From Azolla caroliniana (lineage: Eukaryota; Plantae; Polypodiophyta), in NCBI GenBank assembly GCA_043228905.1, contig JBHGNT010000002.1, positions 22,754,001 through 22,818,000 of the forward strand: DNA of 64,000 nt, read 5' to 3'. This document shows positions 49,401 through 61,400 of the stretch, piece after piece. Within the stretch, counting starts at the first letter, position 1. Every line of letters begins with the position of its first letter. The notes under the pieces were generated by a model that made no database searches, was not told where the DNA came from, and was given only the letters and a program-made list of their open reading frames with translations. The translations under genes and the position numbers were made by a program.

Positions 49401-52400
49401 ATTGATATCTTAACTTAAGGATGACATATTTCAAATGTTGCACATTTTATTTCATATCATTACCTAGTGAGAGCTTTTACAAATGGTTCTCAAATTCTTT
49501 TGCATATATCTTACTTTTTTCCACTCTTTTATCATTCCACTGCATTTGTTGATAGAATGTCAGAGTGTAAGGTCCAAGTACACGGGCTGATAATTTGAGT
49601 TAGGGGATAGATGACCAATTTAAGAAGCATTCACCATGGATAGACCAGATGCCTTCATTAATGCACAATCTACCACACTTCCGCCACGGAAGGACAGGAC
49701 AGTAAACATTTGAGTACATTTGTTAAAGGTAAAACATGTGAGACAATCAAGTTTGTGCAGTCAAGCATATGTATAAGAATCCCTCCAAATCCAACATAAT
49801 AGACAAAGATCCATTACATTTTCTTAAGATGTCTCCATATTTCAGAATTTTCCAATTCTAGGAGTAAAATCTCCCATAATCAACACTTAACTAAGCTTCT
49901 GAAAAAAAGTATATCTTGAAATAGGTCTATAAAAGGATCATCATATTAGCATAGTAGTTTTACTCTTTATAAAGAATGTCACATGTGGCTATATAGGGCT
50001 TCTCTTTCCCTGAATTATCCTCTATCCATAAGTATCATAATAATCATTTGTTTACATACTTTTATGTTATTCTTTGAGGTCTCATGGTAAATACATGCTA
50101 TCCTTGCACCTCCAATAATCCCTTTGGAGAGAGGCCATATCGATTTTATAAGGTAACCATCAATCTTGCGTATGTGTTTTGCTTCATATGTACAAAATAT
50201 ATAACATCGATACCTTAAGCTACATCACTTAGTACTAACCCCTTATCCAATGGATATCCTCTATAGTTCCAATAAATGATTTCCAATAAATGTGTAGTTC
50301 CATGGGTCATCACTTGCTATGCATTTTGAATTCCTTTAGGTGCATATGCTTTCTTGCTACATTCTTGCTCTTTTGGAGTTTATTCCTCTGTTACATAGAA
50401 ACTTGTACACTTTAGATACACTAAAACTATTTGAAATGATAGTATTTTAATGCTCAAATAGGATTGCACAAACAATAGCTAACCAAGATATTCCCACTAA
50501 TCTTTTTTTTTTACCAACCTTATGTGTTGCATATATAGTAAAATCTCTAATAACAATATTATTCACTTCTTTTTCAATGTCATATTGCTCTTTTGCATCT
50601 AGTACATCTATAGCCTTACAATTCATTGCAAGATTTGCATGCATCATGATTTTTATGTTTCTTTCACAATCATGACCACATCTTCCTTTGTCACGACCAG
50701 CGCCGATGATCATCAGGGCATCATTCTAATTAGTTGGCACTTATGTCATCAAAACAACTTGCTAAACATGGAGAGATTCATTATCGGTATGAGATAAGAA
50801 GGAGATCCCAACTTGATATAATCTAGGCAAAGATGGGACCATCACCAATTATCATCGAGGCATTATTCTAATTAGTTGACACTTATGTCATCAAAACAAC
50901 TTGCTAAACATGTCTATTTAAACAAGACATTACATAGTTCTTACACACCTTGGAGAAAGGATTCATCATCAGGCCATCTTATATAGACATAAATATATCC
51001 TATTCGTTGCACACTATGATAGAGCAGTTGTGAACTTCTTCACATCAGTTAGAGGTTGAGGTAGGTAGATATGCATAAATACCTCTAGAAGAAATAATTT
51101 TCCAATTATGTCATCAAGGAGTGGAATCTAAAGAATACCATGTTAGTCACCAGAAAGTTTTTTATGAAATAAGAGAGAGATACCATTACCTTTAAGTGAG
51201 TCTTTGGCTCACTACATGGTATTGGAATATGACAACCAAGGAAGCTTGGGACTTTTCTTGCTAGAAGTCACAAAGATAGAAGTAATTGTTGAAGAACAAC
51301 ACAAACACGCAAGCTCGTCAACAAAGAAGATTCATAACAATCTTATAGAGGAGAGAGAGAGAGAGAGACGTTGATATCCATGACCATCCATTGACATTCT
51401 TTTCATCCATCCCAATGACGTTGGCTTGACCTCTCGTAGTTCAGACATGACTCAAGCCCTTGACCTCGTGGTAGATATATGTCATCTAGTATTACCCCAC
51501 TTGAGAGGGTTTACCTTAGTTATATTGCTACTAATGAAGTAGTCGAGATAGAATGGGTTGTATTATCATCTAATGAAGCCAGATGAGGCTGTGGTGTGAC
51601 AATAAGTCAGCAGTCAACATTGCCAACAATCCGGTGCAGCATGATAGGACCAAGCTCATAACAATCGGCAACAGGCACATAACAATCGGCAACGGGTCGG
51701 TTCAGTTTGAGAGTGTCAAAACCGAACCATTTAAAAATTTTGAAACTTGAACCAAACCACGAAACCATTTGAACCGAAACCATTAAACTATTAAAAAACC
51801 GTGGTTTTGTGGTTTGGTTTTGGTTTAGATCTTAGATCAAAATTCAAAATTTTCCATTATTTTAAATTTTCATTTTTCATTTTCAAAAATAAAAAAATAT
51901 TAAAAAAACCATCAAACCATTTAAACTGAATCGTTCACCACCCAAACCGAATGGTTTAAAAAAACTTGAACCTGAACCAAACCGTTAAACCGTTAAGCTG
52001 CGGTTTCACGGTTCAGTTCGGTTCGGCTCAAACCAACCTGTTGCCTATTGTTACAAGCACATCGAAATCGATAGATTCTTTATCAAGGAGACGCTTGATA
52101 GTGGAATATTAAAATTGAGTCATGTTTCTACTGAAGATCATGTGGCCGATTGTCTTCTTACAATGGGACATGGGTTAGTAAGTCTTTCTAGACTGTGTGA
52201 CAAGATGGGCTTAGTGGATATCTTTCACCCATCTTGAGGGGGAGTGTTGAGAATAATTAAAGTTGTATCCCAACGGCTAGCCAGCCCCAACAGGTAGTTA
52301 GCCCTTCTTCTCCTTATGCTTGATAAGCGATCTCTGTATTTTCTCTTTCCACTCTCTCCGGTCTCTATATAGATGAGGTATCACATTACATAGAGAGATT

Positions 52401-55400
52401 CGGGGGTTCCGAAGCACGCCCAACAGCTATAGCTATACAAATATTACTATATGTTGATGCATAGATTGACATATTCGCATTCGTGGGATTTTCCATTTGA
52501 ATGCAAACGAATACGCATACATTTGTGTGGTCAAGTATTCGTTTAAAAAAAAAAGGAAAAAAAAGGAGATGAACTCCCTCCTTTTAGTTTCTTAGGAAAA
52601 AAAAAGGGACTTGACAATAAAAAGGGGATAATAAAATAGAGAGTTGAGAGAGACTTCACAGTAATAAATTTTCATTGGAGATCTTGATTCTTTACTAAAT
52701 AAATAAATAAAATAAAATAAATTTTCGTTTTATTTTTAATAAATAAATAAAATAAAATAAAAGTTCATTAATTCTTCACCTTTTCTTTTCCCAAAATTTA
52801 TGGATATTTTTACTTGACATTAAAATTGAGATTTCATATTAATCATGTTTTCATAGTAAATATAAAAATATTCGTTTTTTAAAAATAAAAAATCAATTAT
52901 TTAAATAAAATAAAGGTTCATAAACTCTCCTCTTTTTTTATTTGACACTAGAAAGGAGAGTTTATACTAATCATATTTTTATAATTTATTAATGAAAAAT
53001 TGTTCTTTTTTTTAGTGAATTAAATTTATTTATTTTTAAATTAATTAATTAATTAATTTTTTGCATATTTATTTTACAAAACGAATGGTTTTTAAATATT
53101 CTTATGCCCATTTTGTATTCTCGAATATTGAGAATATCACGCATGGAGAATATGACGAATATCACGCATGTGTCAATCTATGTGCTGATTTCTGACTCTC
53201 CGGAGGAACTATTTTGTAGGGACAAAGGTTTGTCAATCAACATGGATAAAACTAAAGTGATGGTGTTTAACACCACTCAAGCATGGGTAACAAGATCAGA
53301 ACCAGAATTCTTCTAGGGAGAGGAAAAGGTAGAATACACACACTCCTACACATACCTAGGAGTAACATTTACAGGACCTAGGTTCTCCTTACAGGAGCCT
53401 GCTTGTGCCCGACTTTCTTGTGGATATGCAGCCCTTGGTGCTCTCAAGAGACAATTTGCAGTTCCAAGCGCCACGGACTAAGCTATGGTTATTTGATACA
53501 CTTGTCACACCAACTCTTCTCTACGGAGTAGAAACATGGGGACCGAGTCTTAACAAGGCAAATCATTGGAAAGATTTAGAGAGACCTTTAGTGTCAATGA
53601 TTGCTCGCATGATAACGAGCAAAGCATCGGTGCCCCACAATATAATCCGGGCAGAGATGGGAGCAGCACCTATAATAACCGAGGCATTGTTCCGATCAGT
53701 AACATTTATCCAGCGTCTTTGGGAGCTCCCTAAACGAAGGTACCCAAGGTTGGCACTTATGTCATCGAGACAACTGGCTGAAAATGGAGACAGTCATTGT
53801 TGGTATGCTAAAATGCAGCAATGGTTTGAGTCACATGGCATGAGTATAAATAGCTTGGACTGTCCCCATCTAAATATGACCAAAGTGGAAAAGAACAGAG
53901 TGATCCGAACTGATATTATTAACTTGGAAAACAAGATAACATGGATCAACCACAAAATACCACTTGGTACAAAGATGGCACAGAAGGTTTATTATTGCTT
54001 CACAAATCTTTTTGTATTGGAGCAGCCCATGTCAGAATTGAGTTATATTGGGGCAGCCCTAAAAGATACAACACTGGATCAAGTGAAACTTGGTTATCAG
54101 AATCCATCTGGATTTCTGTTTTTCCTGAAATGAGTTATTTCTATTTTTGTTCATTGTATTCGGTCATTCTTACTGATTTCAGTCGTAGCATTATCCTTGA
54201 AAAAATTTAAACCTAAATGATGCAACACTGGATCGAGTGAAACTTGATTATCAGAATCCATCTGGATTTCTGGTATGCTAGCATAAACCAGATTGAAGCA
54301 CACTATGACATTGATGTCTAAATTATTGTCCACACCAAAGAATTATGAAGAATTGGTCATCATTTAGGAAAAGATAAAGTCACATCATATCATTCAAGAT
54401 TAGGAAGAAGGAACTAGAATTGGAGGGTAGCAAAATATCATCTGAGCAAAAGCAAGAAGGAACTAGAATTCATCTAACCTGTCCATGCAATTCATCATGC
54501 TCAGTTAAATGGCAGCTACACATTGTCAGGACATCAATAGCTGAATCCAGATCCCATTTTCTGGCATTCCTGTTTGTTGCACAAAGAGAAGTAAGTTTGA
54601 TGCACCTATTGACAAATCACTTTGAATTAGTTTTATTGCGGAAACCTACTCTATAGCAAGAGAAGCTGCAAGCTTCTTGTTCCTCAGACGTAAACAATAC
54701 TGCCAACTATTGTTCCAAAAGCTCTGCCACTGCCCACTAGCAGCTGAAACATCATCACCTTGCTCAATAAGGAGACGTAATAAATAATCAGGGGCACCAT
54801 CACGCAGATACCGGTCAGCTATTGCCAAAGCTTCAGAAAGTTTGCCTTCACCTATGCACCTGCAATATCTACAGTTATTATTCCTGTTTTAAACGTACTG
54901 CCTCAAAACACAATTAATCGGTGATGAAATCCATTACTAGTTCACATAGACTATAATCATGTCTACCATCAAAATGTATGCATGATGGAACACACCGTAT
55001 CCTATAATGTCTTGAAGGAAGTAACAAATCACAATAATACTTACGAAGAAGACACAAAAGGTCACAATATGCTCTTACTGGAAGAAATCTGACAAGAATG
55101 CATAGAGTTCTTGTGCCATAACTCCCAGTACTCCAGGCATCAAATACAAAAAATGTTCACAATTCCAAAGACTGAAGTGAATTCCACAGTTCAAACGAAC
55201 AAGTGATTTTCCTTGTTTCTATTATGAATATAGTAGCCCACTCATTAGAAAAATGAGGAGATCTAACAATTTGGAAATGGAAAGAGTAACAGCAATTCGG
55301 CATGAAAATGCTAAATACTTACATGTCTTCTTCTATCATGCTTTTCCAATAATTGAGCACGACAGAGTTAGATATGGTGAATAAATTGACAATGTTATTA

Positions 55401-58400
55401 TGGTGTACATGAAAAGTGGAAGAGACATGACAATATTTTTTGATGGATAAGACACTACATGCAGGCATACTTTTCATGCATTTACAGCGAGATATTATTG
55501 CAGTTGATGCATATAACTGTAAGATGTTGCATGCTGAAAAAAACATCAACAAATCCCAAATAAATACCAACCGTTGTACTGCTTCCTCGCAAATACTTTC
55601 ATTCTCCCACTCAAAGAAAAGTGATGCTGAATTCCGCAAATCTAAGTTATCTTTCTTAGAGCTGACTTTCCGCATCATAATGTCATCATAAGCCATAGGG
55701 GAGTCTATCAAAATTTCAAGGTTCTCACAATTAGAATTTCGAACATGGATAGTATGTGCCACATCCTCTTCCTCAGAGTCAATGTCAATTTCATCCTCTC
55801 GAGGACGTTTCAACAACCCAGCTTTTTTATGCCCATCAACAAACCCACTTCTACGAAGCATTGGGACACCAGACAAATATTGAATTTTTGCTTGTGTTTG
55901 AATCCATCGATTCAATGTTGGAAACCTGTTTCCAAAAGTCAGAATGTTAGCAAAAGTACTGATTTGAAACACACACAGGATGACAACAAATTCCTTATCA
56001 CATATATGTTGGCCACTATTTTTCATATACTCCTTCAATAGATCACTCAAGCATGGACATGTGATACAGTATGATGATTGTACCGAGGAAGACTCAGCTG
56101 TCAGTCAGCCATTACAATATCCCACGCTAACTTAAATTTGAACTGAAACTTTTAAATCCGACCATTCATACAATACTCCATGATAAAATACAATCTCTAT
56201 AGAGTAGTAAAAACTCTCAGCATTAAGGCAGCACAGCACCTTTAGGAAATAAGTGACATCAACATTTTTCCACGAATTTCTGAAGTAATATACTATAAAT
56301 CTAAGAGCATAAAAAGAGTTAAATACATCACATAAGAGAAAAAATATCTAAATAGTACTACTTCCTACAGATAATAAGCATAGTTTGACCAGTCTCTTAC
56401 TATTGCTGTTTCTATTAAGTGTCGTAGCCTGATGCTGGTGCTAGGTCGTCTACTATCTATGACCAACACTCTTGGTGTTATAAACCACAATCTAGCAACA
56501 AGCCTTAACCATGTTATATAATTGACTGTATGGAGAAAATACAGTACTTAAGCCCAAGTTCTAGGGATTCTACACTTAATAATGTTATTTTATATATTCT
56601 AAAATCCCAGTTTCTGCGAGAAACAATACCATTTTTAAATGTCCAAATTTTGTTTTCTATGAAGTAAATAGACAAAGTTATCATCAAGTTGTACATACAC
56701 AGAACAAAATTTAGCATGACAAAGCAGCTCAAATCAATGACACCACATTCAAAAGAGCTGTGCTATGGACAAGATAAATTTCGGCAGGAAAAATTGGGGG
56801 AGTCCTCTTACATTTTACCATAGGGATCCAGATCTGAGTCCATGTTTGGGGTTTCAACACCGTTATCAACCACATCTAGTGGAGGGGTACTCTTACGGAA
56901 CATAGTTGTCCCAAACACACAAGCCAATATAGCCCTGACAGGAGATAATGTGGCCAAATGTTTTATTACATCCAACTTCAGAGGATAAAGGCCTGTGCTT
57001 TGCTCACTATTGTGACCTGCAGTTCTGGAATGGGGGAGTCGAGAGGGAAGCAATGGAATGCGTGCCCATCCTCTCAAAGATTTTGGAGGATAGATGGGAG
57101 GAACACAGGCAGAAATAACCTCATGTACTAGATCTGCACCCATTATATCAGCAACCTTTCCAGCTCCATCGGCACTTCCCCTCTCAAAGACTAAACGGGT
57201 CAATAGCTGCATGTCAACAGGTAAATTTAGTACCTCATAAGAAGGAACTCATAGTCCCACAGAGTTGTTAAAACTTACATCATTTGATTGTTCATACACC
57301 AATTGAAAAAAATTGAAGTCATGGGTTGTATCGACTCCATCGACGATGTCCCCAATGGCAGCAATATACAGGATGAATGCTGAAAGATAAGCAAAGGGTT
57401 TTGAGCTTAATGGTCCCAAAAAACGTTTTCCAGTACCCTTGAGAGGAAAAAACATTGTTTCCCCAACATGATCTCCACTTCCCATGCTTACGCCACTTGA
57501 CGGTGGCTTTGATATACCACGGACACCACATCCAAGCAAAAATCCATTCTCTGCTGAAGAAGTATATTTCCGCTCAGAATAGGGAGCTGAAGTCCTCACG
57601 TTAGAGTCATCCAAATCTTCATCCATGAGGGCCTTTACAAGATTGTGAAGTTTACCTGAGCACAACACCAGAATCAGAAAAGCTCATTATTGTAGGTTTC
57701 CATGATCTATCAGAATAAGATTAACTTATTGTGACACCAGATGTGGCATTGTGAACCGTCATTCAAAAATATTGAAGAACTTCTTACCACTTAAAAACAT
57801 ACGTTTTCCACAATGAGCATCTTCTATTGTTTGTTGTAAAATACTCAAAGCCCGATATCTATGTCCTTGCTTGGCGTTCTCAGTACTGATGTTTGCCATG
57901 TCTGCTCCAGACAGCACTGACTGTAATGTCTGTTGTTTTTCAATACACACCTGAAATTCCCTGAGTCAATAAAACGAATTATGCAAAAAGAAGCAAGTCT
58001 GAAAGGGGAGCTCCTAGCATCACTATTAGATAAGTAGAATATGGAGAACTTTCCGATGCATTAAAAGGAAAAAGCATGTGTGTTGGGCAGATTTATGGGA
58101 ACTAAGTCTTAGTGAGACAAAAGGAAAGATTTAGAGACCTTTAGTCTCAATGATTGGCCACATGATATGGTTCCCCATGATATAATCGATGCAGAGATGG
58201 GAGCAGCCCCTATAATCATCAAGGCATTATGCCGACCACTAACCTGTATCCAACAGCTTTGGGTGCTCCTTGCACGAAGTTACTCAAGGTTGCTGAACAT
58301 GGAGATATGCATTGCTGGCATGCTGAAATGCAACGGTCATTTGAGTCACATGGCATAAGCATAAATGTGCAACCCCCATTCCAATACAGTGTGTATTGTT

Positions 58401-61400
58401 CCCATCTAAATATGACCAACATAGAAAAGAATAGAGTGCTCCGAACTGATATAATTAACTTGGACAACAAGATAACATGGATCAGGCCCAAAACATCACT
58501 TGGTAGGAAGTTTGCCCACAATAAGACATTTTTTACACACATGGTAGATGGGTCCATTATTGGGCTCTTTCTTTCTTTCTTTCTTTCTTCCAATAGATTG
58601 GGCAATAGCAATTTAGAGTGCATGTAGGCCCCGGCCCCACAGACCACGACCTCAGCACCCTTGTCATCGTCAGATAAAGATCATTATCTCCGGCCATCGC
58701 AGGTGCTTACCTCACTTCAGAGACCTCTTCATTCTGGATAGACCTATGCTAGAGATCTTTCGAAGAAAAAAGTTATAATATATCTAGCTTGAGAATCTCA
58801 CATGTGCCATAAAACAGATTCTCTAGTCTCTTTCTATCTTATTTACTTTTATATTTACTTAATAATATTTATCTTATTTTCAATTGTTGTTCTCAAAGAC
58901 AAGGCAACACTTAAGATGCGATCTCTTGATTGGTATTATTGGCCATTTTGGCTTCTTAAAAGACATTTTGGATAAAACTAAAGTGATGGTGTTCAACACC
59001 ACTCAAGCATGGGTAACTAGATTAGAACCAAAAAAATTCTTGGGCAAGGAAAAGGTGGAATACACACGCTCCTACACATACATCGAAGTAACATTTACAG
59101 GGCCTAGGTTCTCCATACGGGAGGCTGCTTGTGCCCGACTTTCTCGTGGATTTGCAGCCCTTGGTGCTGTCGAAAGACAATGTGCACATTTGCAGTTCCA
59201 AGAGCCACAAACTAAGTTGCAGTTATTTGATACACTCGTCACACCAACTCTTCTCTATGGAGTAGAAACTTGGAAAGGTGAATCATTGGAAAGATTTAGA
59301 GAGACCACTAGTGTCAATGATTGCTTGCATGATAAGGAGCAAAGCATTAGTGCCCCATGATATAATCCCGGCAGAGATGGGAGCAGCACCTATAATCACC
59401 AAGGCATTGTTCCGATCAGTGACATGTATCCAACGTATTTGGGAGCTCCCGAAACGAAGGTACCCAAGGTTGTGCACATAGGTCCCGGCCCCATGGACCA
59501 CGACCGCAGCACCCTTGTTATCGACAAATAAAGGCCATTATCTCCTGCCATCGCAGGTGCTTCCCTCACTTTGGAGACCTCTCCATTCTGGAACGACCTA
59601 TGCTAGAGATCTTTCGAAGATAAAAGTTACAATATGTCTACCTTGAGAATCTCACATGTGCCGAAAACCAGATTCCCTCGTCTGTTTTAATCTTATTTAC
59701 TTTTATATTTACTGAGTACTACTATAGGCCATTTTGGCCTCTTAAAAGACGTCAATATTTCTTTCTTCCTTCCTTCCTTCTTTCCATTATCACCCAGGAC
59801 TTAAGTTACTTTCTCACTTCAAAGGTCTCCCCATGTGGTAGATTTTTCAAAGGCAGAAGTTTCTATCTATGTTTAGTTATATTATTTTGGTTTGTTGTTC
59901 TCAAAGACAAGACAATATTTTAAGATGTAATCTATTATTAGGTCAACCTGAAAGATGGTGAACTATGCCTGAGCAAGGCGAAGCCAGAGGAAACTCTGGT
60001 AGAGGCTCATAGCGATCATATAGGCCATTCGCCTCTTAAAAGACATGAATATATCTTTTTTTCTGACTGAGTATAGATTTATACTACACCATGGATATCC
60101 ATTTGTCTGAAAGATTGAGATGCACTATTCACCTGATCACATCAGATTTAGATATATATATAGGTAGGTAGGTATAGGAGTGTACCCCCCAATAAACGGG
60201 GATACCTGTTGTGCTATACAGATCCCCTGATTGTACTATTGGCAGATCTATTCTTCCTTAGATTTGTGAGCATGTATGCCTCAATCTCCTATCGATGCAG
60301 GAACACATGAGACATATCTTTATGGTCTTCTGATAAATTCACCTTGAGACATGTCTATAAATAGTGCCTTATAGCGGCCATCTTCCTACCAAGAGACGTT
60401 ATGGGTCTGACCCTTGTTTTATCCAAATTAATGATGTCAGTTCAAATCACTCTATTTTTTTCCACTTTGGTCATGTCCAAGTGTGGATAATCCATGCTAT
60501 ATTGGAATGGTGGTAGTGTGTTTACACCTATCATGTGACTGGAGCAATTATTGCATTTCAGCATATGAATGTAATTACCTCCACATTCAGTAAGCTATTT
60601 TGATGACATGAGCACCTGTGCTTAGGAATTCTCAAATCTGTTGGATACCAATAAATGATTGGAATAATACCTATGTTACTATAGGGGTTGTTCCGATCCC
60701 CATTAAGATTATATCATGGGTCACTGATGCTCTTCTCGTTATCATCGAGACTAAAGGTTCCCTACCAAGATTATATCATGGGTCACTGATGCTCTTTTGC
60801 TTATCATCAAGACTAATGGTTCCCACCAAGATTATATCATAGGCAATCATTGAGATTAAAGGTCTCGCCAAATCTATCTAGTTATGGCCAAATTTCTACT
60901 CCATAGACAAGAATCATTGTCACAAATGTATCAAACCACCATGATTTAGTTCATGGTTCTTGGAATTGTATATATGCACATTTGTAAAGAATCTAACTCT
61001 AGTAGAGTTGAGTATTCAGAAGCATAGTGTGTGTGTGAGAGAGAGTGAGTGTATAAGCAAGAGAAGGATTTCCACGCTTCTGTTGGGGCTTTCGCATCAT
61101 GAATATAGCTTAACATGTGATCTTGCACACATGTTGCCAAGCAATACATCACCCTACTAGCGCCTTGCTGCCATGTGATTTGTAATATCGGGGGCTGTTT
61201 CTTGAGCTCCCTCGATATAACTCCAATACCCTTGCCCAACTAGGTATTGCTGCATCTTATATTCCCAAGATGCGTAGTTGTGCCTATCCAACTTCTCTGT
61301 TGGAAGTGCGCTACCCATCTGTGCATTCATTTTTCTGATTTAGCTTGATTCGTATGATCCTGTTAACGTGAGGCTCTCGCTGTACAACACTACAGTGACG

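Noticed and set aside
50900-51330. Upstream continuation of the Copia RT
   Set aside because: The translation fits the LINE C-terminal zinc-finger region instead.
56083-56126. Possible ZFYVE26 micro-exon
   Set aside because: Contains an in-frame TGA or has an incompatible phase; the flanking exons can join without it. Needs cDNA.
59946-60016. Functional rRNA gene
   Set aside because: Only 71 bp, mutated and intronic.
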